A DNA stretch of 64,000 bases. Source: an uncultured virus (IMG/VR IMGVR_UViG_3300038678_000044). Lineage: Duplodnaviria; Heunggongvirae; Uroviricota; Caudoviricetes. A program made the translations under genes and the position numbers. Shown here piece after piece: positions 10,501 through 19,052 of this stretch; position 1 is the stretch's first letter; each line of letters opens with the position of its first letter. The notes beneath the pieces were generated by a model. The model saw only the letters and a program-made list of their open reading frames with translations. It was not told the DNA's origin and ran no database searches. The stretch lies in the IMG/VR virus record IMGVR_UViG_3300038678_000044; one strand, written 5' to 3'.

Positions 10501-13500
10501 TTGGATGAGGAGCGTCATGATGACCTAACCAAGGAGCTGGAAGTCTTCGCTAAAACCAAGCCGAAGAAAATTCCAGTGCAAACAATTCAATCGTTCATCG
10601 AGCGCAACGGTGTAGACATCGATGTGAGGGAGCCTGGTGGAGACAGGGATGCAGTGGAATTCGACAGTGAAGAAAATCCGGATGAGGAGTCTGAGCCGGA
10701 TGAAGATGATTGGTATGAACACTGGCAAGAAATCGAGCAGAACCAATGGGACAGCTACTATCCAGGTGCCTTGTCAGAGGTCCATGCAGAGCATGACTGG
10801 GATCCTGATCTCGAACCAGATCCAGATATTCCTGAAGAATCAGATATGGACATCACGGAGCTGAACACTGTTCTCGGTGTCTGGGATGGCACTGACGAAG
10901 AAAACATGGATGATGAAGCCAGCGATAAAGCCAGGGAGGCTATTGAAACTGATTACTACGAGGAGGCTCGTGACGAGTGGGTTCAGAAGAATACGGACAA
11001 GATGTGGTACTCAGGCGAGTATCAAATTCGCACAGACAATGAAGGCGATTTCATTGTCAGTCACGAGGGATACGAGCTTGGTGGGTATCACAGTAATTTT
11101 GATGACGCAGTGGCTCAAGCCGAAGAACATGGCCTAGAAACCACTTCTGGCTGGGCAGATTATATGCTCAAGCCTACGGGCGACGGATACGAGGTATTGT
11201 TGTTCCGTTGGGAAAATCCAGACACGGAGCTTTTCACTGAGACTTCTCACTGGGAGCATGACGATAACTTCGTCGTGCATGTCCGCTTCGACATTCGCAA
11301 AGACCCAGACGGTAACGATGCGTTCTACATCGACGAGATGCAATCTGATTGGCATCAGTCGATAGGCAAGGCAATTAAGGCTCGGTTAGACGAAATTCAT
11401 AAGGAACACGGCTTTAATCCTGACCACTGGAATGGTGATGGGACGTTCGGTGGTGGAGAGGAATACGATGGCACTGCACCAGCGGTAATGTATGAGCAGG
11501 CCAGGCTGGAAGCCCTGAAGAATCCAAAGCAGATGGTAGAGTTGGCCAGGGTTGCTAAGGAAAAATTCCAGTTTCTGAAAGAGAATAAGCAGACTCTCAT
11601 TGATGACCTGAAAGCAATGCCGATGGATCGCCACCTCGCTTCGTTTCTCAGGGACTCGAACACTGGCGATGACTCGACTTCTGGTAACAGGCTGCTGGCG
11701 AAGTATTTGTCGATGATAAAAGCCAGAGAAGCTGACGCGATTACGCTTGAGATCGATCTGGATCAATCCCTTCGGCCAGAAATGTTCGAGAAGCATGGTT
11801 ACGTCGAGTACATGAGCGAAGACCTGAACAAGCTCTTTGCAGCTTATCGAGAGATCAGGCCGCAATTCGCCACTGGTACAGAGGACGATCCGAATTTAGA
11901 GCGCATGTCTGCTTTCCCTGGTTTCCAAGACGAAGTTAATAAGCGAGCGAAACAAAAATTTGGTCTTCAACAAGTATTACGTTTGAAGCTCGGCCAGGAT
12001 CCGATACGTTTTATTGAAGACATCTGGATGACTGGAGTGCTTCCGGAAGGCTGGCAAGTCGGAGAGTTGAAGGATGCAGTAACCAGGCCGCATGAGCTAC
12101 CTCCATACGATAAAACTCCTCTCAAGAAGCTGGAGGATGAAACTGGTGCTTTTGCCAAAGAAGAATTGGGCAGGAGAGTCAAGGACGCTGAGTCAAGAGA
12201 AGCCGGACTTGATCCCACCAGCAGCATAGGGAAGTGGGCATCTATTCAGAAAGGTGAACACGAGCAAGATATGTGGCAAAGGATTTCCGGTCAGTGGGAT
12301 CGTACTCAGTTGGATTGGGAGTTGACTGATCTTCCGGATCTTTTTAGGACTTGGGGCAACATATCGCAGCAGATGGAGCAAACCGCCAGCATTACCAGAG
12401 GCATCGAGGCAAATGAAACTGAGCCGCTGCCATTCGGTGTGATTGATTATTCCTTCAGTAGGAAAAAACGCGACACCATGAGAAGACGTGTTCTGAGCTT
12501 CAATGAAGCTAAGGGCGCTCACGAGAGAGTCGCCAATGGCCATACCTTTGCGCCATTCGAGAAGGACTATCAGCTCCTGGTAATCAAGCACATGATCGCT
12601 GAGGCGCAACGACGAGGCCACAAAAGGCTCTACTTCAGCAAAGGCGAAGTTCATGGTGTGCGTTGGAGTGGTGCCCAGTCAGTTGAAGCTGTCAAGTTTG
12701 TGAAACATGCGTTGCCACCTGCAAAAGACGATCCCAATTTAGAGTTGTTCAGCGGAGAGCTGGCACCAGTTGGTAATGAGTATCCGATCACAATCGTTGC
12801 CATGCCTGGTTCCACACGCATTATAGAAACTCGTGACAGGCACGTAAGAAAGATTGTTGGCGATCGTGTCGCTAAAAAAATTATTGATTCACCGGAGGCT
12901 GAAGGCTACATCTCCGCAGAGGACGTGGGGCTTGAAGGCATCTTGTTGCCAACGGAAAGCAGTGGCAGGTATTTGACCGGATCCAGAGTGATCTATAACC
13001 AGGTCGCCGTTAATCAAATCAACAAGTTCCTGAAGAAATTCAAAGGCAAGGTAAAGGATACCTGGGTGCCTGGTACTAGCAGCCAGCCAGATCGGGAAAA
13101 GGTTGAGCAGCAGGGGCTTGCCACTTTCGGTGAGCGTTCAGATAGGGGGAAAAGGTTAGATGCTGCCAGGCTGCGTCGTCTGAGAACGTCAGAGGTAGTG
13201 GAGCATGTTGCAGGTGGGCTAAACAGCCAGCTATGGCTGCGATCACAAGAATACGATGACAAGGCGAACGCTGGTATCTGGGGCATCGACATGCCCGATA
13301 AAGATGGCCTTATGAATTTCGACACCAGTCTTGGTTTCTTCGACAGCCTGGAACGAGCGAGGGTAAAGCTGGAGGAACTGATCAAGGCCGAACACGGACG
13401 CAACTGGGGATACGAAGCGTTCGAGATTGAGATTACACCGAAGCTCCAGGAAGCAGCGAAGAATGGATTCCCGCTATTCCACAAGCGAGGCAAGCCGAAG

Positions 13501-16413
13501 ACCGGCGACAAGGGCCTGGACGATGCACTGGACTGGGCGAATGAAAACATCGGGTCATCAAAACGACGATCGCTCAAACTTCTCTGGGAGAAAATCAATC
13601 AGATCCTGCGGATAGAAAACAAACAGGAGAAGATGGAACAGGCCATGATTGATCAGTTCGCTGGTCTCAAGTGGGCCCTTCGTCAGACACATGGTTACGA
13701 TCTTCCTGCTCAGATTTCAGCGTATAAGCAGGCGCATTTCACGACCAGTGTTGATTCGCAGATGTACGTGTTCCTGACGCATGGCATTCCTGAATGGCAA
13801 ACCGTAGCGACCGCTGAGGGCACTGGAACGATCACAGGCATCAAGGAAGGAAGCAAAGGACTGCTGGAAGTCTGGGAGCCGATAGCAGACAAGATGGAAC
13901 TCTGGGGCTACTGGATGGCTGCCAGGCGAGCGGATCGGCTGTTGAAGGAGGGCAGGGAGGCTTTGTTCAGCCAGGAGCGCATAGATGAGCTGCTGAAGCT
14001 GGGCGATCTGTTCCCGCTATTCCATGATGTAGCGGCTGAATATGCGGACTGGAATAGCCAGTTCCTGGATTGGGCCTCGGAGGCTGGTGTCATCAACGAA
14101 GATACCAGGAAGCTCTGGGAGCATGCGGACTATGTGCCGTTCTTCCGCATCAAGTCCGACGAGATGGGCGGATCCTTTGCCAAGAAAGCTGGCATGGGAG
14201 GCCCAGGAATTGCCAATGTAACGCAGCCAATCAAGCGCCTCCTGGGATCGAAGCATCCGCTGGGCGACATCATGGAAAACATCCTGGTCAACTTCCAGCA
14301 CATCGCAGCTACGACGATGAAGAACAAGGCTGCCCAGCTCGCAGTAGAAAATCTCAAAGACTCTGGCCTGCTAACGCCAGCCAAAGGTATGGACTTCTTG
14401 AAGGAGGAGTTCATTCCTATGGATGAGCTGAAGCGCAAGCTGAAGCAGGCAGGTGTGGACTGGGAGGCCATGCCTGACGAAGCGTTACAGGGCATGCAGA
14501 AGATGTGGACCTTGCAGCAGCCGCCTGGCGACGACTTCATTTCGGTGCTTTACAACGGCAAGAAGAAATGGTTCCAGGTCCACGAGGAAACATTGCTGAG
14601 ATCTCTCACAGCAATCAACGAAAGGAAATTCGCAAGCGTGATTGGTCGCATGTTTATGTGGCCACTCAGAAAGTTCAAGCGCCTCGGCACCACCATGATC
14701 ACACTCGCTCCAGATTTCATGGCGGCGAACTGGTTCCGAGACATCTTTATGGCATTCGTGAACTCACGACACACTAAATTTCCTGCGGTTTGGTCGGCAG
14801 CGACTGGAGCCTGGAAAGCGTTTACGAAATCGCCTGAGATGGTGAGCATGATGGCTGCCGGTGGCGCTTTTTATTCTGGGTATATCAATGCCAACGATCC
14901 TGTCTCGACGACCAAGGCGATGAAGCGAGCCCTGCGTCAGACAGGATTCAAGAACCGTATCCTGGATGCACCATGGAAGCTGTTCCACTTGTACAACGAC
15001 ATCGGTGCAGCATCCGAGAATGCCAACAGAATTGGTGCCGGATACATTCCGGCAATCAGAGCTGGTGCTGGTAAGGCGGAGGCAATCTGGGAAAGTAAGG
15101 ATCTGATGAACTTTGCCAAGCATGGTGATCATGCCCTGGTGCAGTTCTTTGCTCAGTCAGTGATGTTCCTTAATGCCAGGGTACAGGGCATGGTTCGATA
15201 CGGTCAGCGATGGTCAGAAGCTCCAGGGCTGACGTTCACCAAGTCGATGATGTATGCCATGGTTGTGCTGGCGATCTGGTTGAAGAACAAGGATGACGAT
15301 CGATACAAGGCATTGCCTAACGACGACAAGGATATGTACGTCCACTTCTGGACTGGCGGGAAGCACTGGAGGCTGCCGAAGTCATTCGAGGTAGGCATGA
15401 TTTTCGGTGTCGGAGTCGAACGCACGTTCGAGTATTACTACTCCAATGAGGATGATGCCGGTAAGGTCGCGATCGATCGCATGTGGTGGGTGATGGGCGA
15501 GGTATTCAACTTCTTCAATCGAGAGACGCTTTTTCCGTTGCCGCAAGCTGTTGCTCCATTGTTTGAGGCGACGAACAACTGGAACGCTTTCTTCCAGTCA
15601 CCGATCGTGCCGGAGTACATGCAAGACATAGCTGAAGTGAAACCGGAGATCGTCTTTCGTCCGACCACCAGTCCGACAGCTCGTGAGCTGGCTAAGGGTA
15701 TGCCGAAATGGGCTCCAGCTACGCTCAGAAATCCAATGCTGCTTGAGCATCTGACTCGTGGTTATTTCGCGACCCTGGGCGCTTACGTGATGATGTTGTC
15801 CGATGACCTGGTGCGGAAGTCATTCGATTACCCAGCCAGGCCAGATCTCAGGTGGGACAAGATCCCGGTTGTCAGGCGCTTTTACACTGGCGAGGATCCA
15901 CCATCGAGAACCAGCTACGAGGAGATCGTCTACCAGGTACGGGGAAATGCCCGGCAGATCGAGCGAGCTGTCAACAAGATGGAAGACCTGGAAATGGACG
16001 ATGAGATTGATGCGTTCATGGAGGAGCCCTCGAAATACGATCCGACTTTCACCAATGAAGAAGTCGTCGAAGCAGCCAAAGCAATGAGGTTCAGCTACGA
16101 GGAGATGAAGGCAATCCGCAAAGAGATAGCGGAGCTGTGGGAAGACGAAAATATGAGCGGCGAGGAGAAGGGGCGAGAGCTGAACAATCTCCTACGCGAC
16201 AAGCTGGATGCTGCCAAGGAGGGTTACATGGAGCGACCGGGCGCGTCTATCCAGTTCGAGGCATTGCAAGAAACGCTGATCGATATGATTCCAGGTGATC
16301 AAGTGGATTACCTGGCAGAGCAGGGCCTTGGCCAAACTTTGGATCTGCTGGCCTCATTACCTGTGAAGCCCAGCACACGACTGCAACGAATTTTGACGGA
16401 GAACACAGCCTGA
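4588..16413 (+). CDS. Giant polyvalent ejection protein (ART-like x2, InPase-like, HExxH metallopeptidase, LPD38-like)
   Basis: 3941 aa. Motifs: VWRG..TLNIKNP..GFDG..EYRIFNPEQ (ART-like); GNYPKGH..YGYIKGT..DQIDVFIG..FDEHKIMLG (InPase-like); FRAVHDYFGH; LLHEVVGH..AEE; EMQSDWHQ; RLPKSFEVG..PIVP (LPD38-like). Confidence 0.8.
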   Translation: MAKLSIISEEDEEQAEPLGAKLSIIEEADDIEAPAPVPTGLSIAKEEVDPQSPLTTIDVGSPEEPGFFTRALDSFQAWRDDFSTAPANKFTREEAEEITKQNIKMNREMFSNKGGGQFSFGDDKPVPHSALVRAGLEEPPEDEVEHALIEHMGGTKSPDGRLKAEREQWAKYPKDQNGFVIDPTRPIVQNPDGSSSSELSITIEVGGRWFNIPSMVNGKQVSQEQAIESARSWAKKGWIHPNFATVEEAEEAAGARSDYLLTARDEWKNRKPDEPKEPEEEKEEDPWGDVIWTNVSNVPHQWRAQYGGAKMWLNAPRDLAYILEAASDQGVAPENSFALEVEAYVRGKDPAEYYGELLKEAKDNADLQEGLRIYEEESKYLQGHQPNVNEDSIKYYAGAIVGGALNMAPMLVASAVTRSPTVGAAIMGGQVFADQYASSIKAGRSHSQAVMDGTVVASAEILTERIPLGILTKEGGTLLKRMLKAGGAEAIQEPITQVIQEAYQVGIVDDEMTFGEALYEIFSTEEGRAMMRRSAIIGFGVGGVLAASVHPFYKDMVDQGEDPTKPGWVDLPETGPGGKPIKRRKKGITPSETNAKITTEEAEELGLVEVDVSVELLERVAAGDPLTIDEQYTLTNNGYGKFIGADERVMLLPKGRQELTELRDKAAGEEIIMEGDEVTIRKAGEAIDIAAPVEPGEKPRRAQRAMEEFAKIQDQYPAAMSRIDAKLKTQVIDQWQQLSREKIDQVMVIFDELETLPEGEDSTKQQQRLKFILEEAQKAAQEPPDEEGDVVDTEGRKIVVWRGEHGLREDQDEEFQSLVGSLSFGSLKTAQTYALEPNDLTRQRIAQDPRVRGYTLNIKNPIVNTPEDPFIDLAQVRRKLGKKGVTQVLKDHSEDIMNTGKWQDEFADEYDSPAQVAEKSPERMDSLYFEIFQFLDNPRLVEMARKAGFDGAIHMGYGENFDDIEYRIFNPEQATPLPKVQIVMEEDEVSDMEVFRSDVTESRSSIRARLEAVQRRVKEPKSPEQAEAGNYPKGHMLVDSLPVTIETRKGGTRTGIDRKGKPWSFKMKDPYGYIKGTQSREADGRGGFDQIDVFIGPYLDSGHAVIINQKKDPKKPMSLENFDEHKIMLGYRDTLEAEAAYRRNYTDGGAQMGSVVAMTTQELREWLETANTKTPAVISEVVFVPGRGDVDFRPFQPAIDAALAYTAANDIEYEPAKERAQLDTVRAAKIAREFDVMEHAPEDPEVQAAYQAMIDETLAQYEYILESGLEVEFIVGKDPYTSPRDAILDIQENNHLWVYPTREGFGSRAEFEAINNPLLNETKYKISGKVALANDIFRAVHDYFGHLANGFGFRARGEENAWQHHAAMYSPLARRAMTVETRGQNSWVNYGPHGETNRTASAADTVYADQKIGLMPVWVSEEGRLSAKRQIIESRPTEDGELVAPPVSTEGRITLTHFSSRPNIERIDPSFYGQGIRGAEGQRAQARPETWIDRTYYGVAPGIPGGYRKESGLGSETYTTSVDARLMYDLQADPESLAETPDLNETERAIRDAGYSGYWLKHPSLGLVAASFDPLEVEAKKGPSARARLKTNGRTRRFTVEEVQGFLRPVYSIFRTVRPVHVVEAIEDLPPHLQAAMEDEHSKRNTTGMYDQGAFNDDIYIIANNITSMEEAIETLLHEVVGHFGLRQVIPPWRFDEFMDMIAKSFPKQVREIAREYSLDWNDTAERRIAAEEFIAHTAQRILAGQTVSQKAKEILTKILDVLANVVRWATGKDQMFTSGQLMSIIAQSSDFVQKPGGYQRSKQRGRLRHVSAPYFFSAVWKVFNETETKSTSAEGWKQFITSQIKKGKMKQSELDWMGLETFLEDATWGGLYALTGGKWATGKRDFEDVEAIFPKPMFEIYKEQRELGAEIQSIKEKADRLRKEAFYLEFPETAELVAKWNNEAIAFRDKWNEEHPAEQSLPVNEQRDLALDEERHDDLTKELEVFAKTKPKKIPVQTIQSFIERNGVDIDVREPGGDRDAVEFDSEENPDEESEPDEDDWYEHWQEIEQNQWDSYYPGALSEVHAEHDWDPDLEPDPDIPEESDMDITELNTVLGVWDGTDEENMDDEASDKAREAIETDYYEEARDEWVQKNTDKMWYSGEYQIRTDNEGDFIVSHEGYELGGYHSNFDDAVAQAEEHGLETTSGWADYMLKPTGDGYEVLLFRWENPDTELFTETSHWEHDDNFVVHVRFDIRKDPDGNDAFYIDEMQSDWHQSIGKAIKARLDEIHKEHGFNPDHWNGDGTFGGGEEYDGTAPAVMYEQARLEALKNPKQMVELARVAKEKFQFLKENKQTLIDDLKAMPMDRHLASFLRDSNTGDDSTSGNRLLAKYLSMIKAREADAITLEIDLDQSLRPEMFEKHGYVEYMSEDLNKLFAAYREIRPQFATGTEDDPNLERMSAFPGFQDEVNKRAKQKFGLQQVLRLKLGQDPIRFIEDIWMTGVLPEGWQVGELKDAVTRPHELPPYDKTPLKKLEDETGAFAKEELGRRVKDAESREAGLDPTSSIGKWASIQKGEHEQDMWQRISGQWDRTQLDWELTDLPDLFRTWGNISQQMEQTASITRGIEANETEPLPFGVIDYSFSRKKRDTMRRRVLSFNEAKGAHERVANGHTFAPFEKDYQLLVIKHMIAEAQRRGHKRLYFSKGEVHGVRWSGAQSVEAVKFVKHALPPAKDDPNLELFSGELAPVGNEYPITIVAMPGSTRIIETRDRHVRKIVGDRVAKKIIDSPEAEGYISAEDVGLEGILLPTESSGRYLTGSRVIYNQVAVNQINKFLKKFKGKVKDTWVPGTSSQPDREKVEQQGLATFGERSDRGKRLDAARLRRLRTSEVVEHVAGGLNSQLWLRSQEYDDKANAGIWGIDMPDKDGLMNFDTSLGFFDSLERARVKLEELIKAEHGRNWGYEAFEIEITPKLQEAAKNGFPLFHKRGKPKTGDKGLDDALDWANENIGSSKRRSLKLLWEKINQILRIENKQEKMEQAMIDQFAGLKWALRQTHGYDLPAQISAYKQAHFTTSVDSQMYVFLTHGIPEWQTVATAEGTGTITGIKEGSKGLLEVWEPIADKMELWGYWMAARRADRLLKEGREALFSQERIDELLKLGDLFPLFHDVAAEYADWNSQFLDWASEAGVINEDTRKLWEHADYVPFFRIKSDEMGGSFAKKAGMGGPGIANVTQPIKRLLGSKHPLGDIMENILVNFQHIAATTMKNKAAQLAVENLKDSGLLTPAKGMDFLKEEFIPMDELKRKLKQAGVDWEAMPDEALQGMQKMWTLQQPPGDDFISVLYNGKKKWFQVHEETLLRSLTAINERKFASVIGRMFMWPLRKFKRLGTTMITLAPDFMAANWFRDIFMAFVNSRHTKFPAVWSAATGAWKAFTKSPEMVSMMAAGGAFYSGYINANDPVSTTKAMKRALRQTGFKNRILDAPWKLFHLYNDIGAASENANRIGAGYIPAIRAGAGKAEAIWESKDLMNFAKHGDHALVQFFAQSVMFLNARVQGMVRYGQRWSEAPGLTFTKSMMYAMVVLAIWLKNKDDDRYKALPNDDKDMYVHFWTGGKHWRLPKSFEVGMIFGVGVERTFEYYYSNEDDAGKVAIDRMWWVMGEVFNFFNRETLFPLPQAVAPLFEATNNWNAFFQSPIVPEYMQDIAEVKPEIVFRPTTSPTARELAKGMPKWAPATLRNPMLLEHLTRGYFATLGAYVMMLSDDLVRKSFDYPARPDLRWDKIPVVRRFYTGEDPPSRTSYEEIVYQVRGNARQIERAVNKMEDLEMDDEIDAFMEEPSKYDPTFTNEEVVEAAKAMRFSYEEMKAIRKEIAELWEDENMSGEEKGRELNNLLRDKLDAAKEGYMERPGASIQFEALQETLIDMIPGDQVDYLAEQGLGQTLDLLASLPVKPSTRLQRILTENTA

Positions 16414-16895
16414 TGGAACTACTTAATCGACGCATCTCGTCCGGAGATGAAGCAACGCTGGGTACATTGTTTGACGTGACCGAGGAGGAGAAACCGAAGT
16501 TCCTTTGTTACGTCCTGGAAGACCAGTTCAACGAGCCGAAGATCCCTGGCGAAACCCGGATTCCACCGGGTCGATACCAGGTCAAGCTCCGCACTGACGG
16601 TGGTATGAATAATCGGTACGGCAAGCGGTTCGACTGGCACAAGGGAATGCTGTGGCTCCAGGACGTGCCTGGCTTCACCTTCATTTACATGCACGTTGGC
16701 AACAAGGATGACGACTCCGAGGGTTGCCTGTTGCTTGGTGATGGTCAGATGCAAAATGTGACTGAGCGTGGCCAGGTGACCAGTTCGGTCTCGGCCTATC
16801 GCAGGATCTACGAGTACATCGTCGATCGCCTCGAACTCATCGAGGAGATGGCACTGGACGAGGAAGTCTGGATCACCGTGGAGGATTACGCATGA
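16413..16895 (+). CDS. Putative endolysin, DUF5675-like
   Basis: LED..TRIPPGRY..LQDVPGF..MHVGN..SEGCLL (His/Cys motif). First gene of the lysis cluster. Confidence 0.7.
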   Translation: MELLNRRISSGDEATLGTLFDVTEEEKPKFLCYVLEDQFNEPKIPGETRIPPGRYQVKLRTDGGMNNRYGKRFDWHKGMLWLQDVPGFTFIYMHVGNKDDDSEGCLLLGDGQMQNVTERGQVTSSVSAYRRIYEYIVDRLELIEEMALDEEVWITVEDYA

Positions 16896-17098
16896 ACAAA
16901 TATAGCGGCAGGCGATTCGCCAGTTTGCTACTCGCATTCGCATGCCTTGTTGGTGGATATTTTGGTGGCGAGCCGGAATCTTTCGGCGCGTTTTCAACGG
17001 CAGTGACAGTGCTGTATGGCGCTTATTTAACTGGCCAGTCAGCAACCGACTGGCAGAAAGCAAAGAACGGAGACGGACATGAAGCCGATCAAACTTGA
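16892..17098 (+). CDS. Putative holin
   Basis: 68 aa with two hydrophobic helices and a charged C-terminus, next to the endolysin. Confidence 0.55.
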   Translation: MNKYSGRRFASLLLAFACLVGGYFGGEPESFGAFSTAVTVLYGAYLTGQSATDWQKAKNGDGHEADQT

Positions 17099-17492
17099 AT
17101 CACTCAAAGAGATGAAGTTCACCGTGCCGGTGACGCTGCTCATCGGGTTGTTCGTCATTGGCTGGCAGGCCAAGGACTTCACGATTGCAGGACTGGATGA
17201 GTTCTTCATCAGTGAGGCTGAAGGCAGCGAGATGACCAAGCAGATTGAGGAGCTGAATGAAAACCTGGTCGGCTACATCTCGAAGTCCGAGATCCGCGAG
17301 ATCAATAACCTGATCCAGGAGGCGACCACACAGATCACCGAGACCCAGTTGTGGATCGCAGCCAATGGTACGAATCCGATTGCGACTGCCAGGTTGGGTG
17401 ACCTGGTGACTCGGCGTGACAACTTGCGGGAAACTAAAGTCTGCCTCCTGGATGACGACATGACCGATAAGGATCTTTGCTATGTTGACTAA
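17079..17492 (+). CDS. Membrane-anchored coiled-coil protein in the lysis cluster
   Basis: One N-terminal TM segment followed by a helical domain. Confidence 0.5.
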   Translation: MKPIKLESLKEMKFTVPVTLLIGLFVIGWQAKDFTIAGLDEFFISEAEGSEMTKQIEELNENLVGYISKSEIREINNLIQEATTQITETQLWIAANGTNPIATARLGDLVTRRDNLRETKVCLLDDDMTDKDLCYVD

Positions 17493-17934
17493 AGTCCTGG
17501 GAGGAGCCATGGCAGTGTGCCTCCTGGTCATCTGGTTCCTGTGGAATCAGAACGGCAACCTCCAGGAAGACATTGGCAAGGCGAAGGCTGCGGTCACTCA
17601 GGCCGCACAGACCAATTCAAATAACCTGGTAACGATCACCGACCTGGGCGATAGGTTAGATACGTGCGTGACCGATCGCGAGGTAGACGAAGCAGCGAAC
17701 GTCGCTGTGGTGTCGTCATTAAACGCGGACATCCTGCGTCTTGAAGAACAAGGTTTCGAGATCAGGATTGAGACAGAGGAGATCTTCCGTGACCCATCTT
17801 GCGAGGAACTTGGCAATATCGATGTTACTGCTGTTTGTCCTGCTCTCGCTGCAAGCATGCGAGACAGCGCCGACAGTCTTAACCGAAGTGGAGATCCGGG
17901 AAGTGCCGGTCCCGGTGAGGACTCCACTCCCTGA
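17482..17934 (+). CDS. i-spanin (Rz-like)
   Basis: N-terminal TM, coiled coil and Cys residues. It overlaps a lipoprotein gene. Confidence 0.7.
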   Translation: MLTKVLGGAMAVCLLVIWFLWNQNGNLQEDIGKAKAAVTQAAQTNSNNLVTITDLGDRLDTCVTDREVDEAANVAVVSSLNADILRLEEQGFEIRIETEEIFRDPSCEELGNIDVTAVCPALAASMRDSADSLNRSGDPGSAGPGEDSTP

Positions 17935-18127
17935 TGATTGCTTTGCAAGGCACAGCGTAAGCCAGTCAGCAGATCTACCTACTGAGGGCTCGATTACGAT
18001 CAAGGAGTATGTGGACTGGGCGAATGCCCTGGTCGTCGTTACTCGCCGCTATCGGGCTCAGGCTCATCGTTGTGGGGTTTTGAATCAAGGGGCTTCCGAT
18101 CCAGAAGCTCCGATCGAAGAACCTTAA
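17822..18127 (+). CDS. o-spanin lipoprotein (Rz1-like)
   Basis: [13 protein letters not shown] lipobox and Pro-rich [11 protein letters not shown]. It starts inside the i-spanin gene in another frame. Confidence 0.75.
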   Translation: MLLLFVLLSLQACETAPTVLTEVEIREVPVPVRTPLPDDCFARHSVSQSADLPTEGSITIKEYVDWANALVVVTRRYRAQAHRCGVLNQGASDPEAPIEEP

Positions 18128-18245
18128 TCTGTCTCGGTGCTTCTATGCCCAGTCTCACCTGTCCGCCTCTCGTCCCTAACACTGTTATCGTGACTGCTTC
18201 CCCGATGTTTATTGATTCGCCCTGGTTCCTTGTCAGAATCAGCAT
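18039..18245 (-). CDS. csrA: CsrA/RsmA family translational regulator
   Basis: [40 protein letters not shown] matches the CsrA pattern. Start ATG at 18245. Confidence 0.9.
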   Translation of the reverse strand: MLILTRNQGESINIGEAVTITVLGTRGGQVRLGIEAPRQIKVLRSELLDRKPLDSKPHNDEPEPDSGE

Positions 18246-18483
18246 CCCTTTTCTCCGTTTCCTGATACTCATCGATGGCGGCGATGATGGTGCGTAGTGT
18301 ATCGGCTTTTGCAGATCCGTCAATGGAGGGTTTACTGGTAGCCAGCATGACCAGGAGATCTTCCAGCTCATTCCATAGAGCGTTCAGATCTTTATGCTCA
18401 GCCTCACCGATCGGCCTGGTAAGATTTTGCAGCCGATCGATGAGGTCTTGTGCCCTGGCAACGGGGTGATCGCAGACAGTCAT
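18124..18483 (-). CDS. Hypothetical protein
   Basis: Helical ORF in the operon. Its tail overlaps the 5' part of csrA. Confidence 0.5.
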   Translation of the reverse strand: MTVCDHPVARAQDLIDRLQNLTRPIGEAEHKDLNALWNELEDLLVMLATSKPSIDGSAKADTLRTIIAAIDEYQETEKRDADSDKEPGRINKHRGSSHDNSVRDERRTGETGHRSTETD

Positions 18484-18505
18484 GGTTGAGAGAGTCCTGG
18501 TTGAA

Positions 18506-19027
18506 CTACTTCTCGGTTTCCTCTGTCTTCTCCTCGGATTCAGTCTCTGGATCCTCGAATAGATCTGTCTGCTCGATGTGGATAGCCAGGTCGAACGACT
18601 TATTCATCAGCGCATTGATGCGGATGAGTTCGTTGTCGTTGTACTGGGAGTATTGAATCAGGCCAGTCAGGACGACATGGTTGGGTGTTTGCAGTTCAGC
18701 CTTCAGTGATTTCAGATTGCAGGGTTTCAGATCCAGCGGCTCACCAAAGTCTTCCTGGTCCCAGATCTTGACGACTGCACCTTCCGGCTTTCGGTTGATG
18801 TGGATGGGGTTGATCGATGGCCGGGCGACGTGACCTTCCTGGGTAAACAATACGTTGGCCAGTGCATCGTCATCGCCATCAGTATCTTGGGTAGGGGCGA
18901 GCATGGCCAAGACCGATGTGCCCAGGGTGACTGAGAATGGCAGGTCGAAGGCATTGCCTTTGTTCTTTTCTTCTCGTGGATTGAATACGCCGAACTTTGC
19001 TGTGGTGCGCTCTAACTCGAATTGCAT
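18506..19027 (-). CDS. Hypothetical protein
   Basis: 173 aa with a GGAG ribosome-binding site and an acidic tail. Confidence 0.65.
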   Translation of the reverse strand: MQFELERTTAKFGVFNPREEKNKGNAFDLPFSVTLGTSVLAMLAPTQDTDGDDDALANVLFTQEGHVARPSINPIHINRKPEGAVVKIWDQEDFGEPLDLKPCNLKSLKAELQTPNHVVLTGLIQYSQYNDNELIRINALMNKSFDLAIHIEQTDLFEDPETESEEKTEETEK

Positions 19028-19052
19028 GACGGACTTCTCCTAGTTGTTGTTA

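Noticed and set aside
4588..16413. Virion RNA polymerase (N4- or crAss-like)
   Set aside because: No polymerase catalytic motifs were recognised; the motifs fit polyvalent-protein domains.
16459..16468. GGGTAC occurrences inside coding regions (also ~4360, ~44555, ~53770)
   Set aside because: A 6-mer is expected many times by chance, and these lack an upstream promoter at the right spacing.
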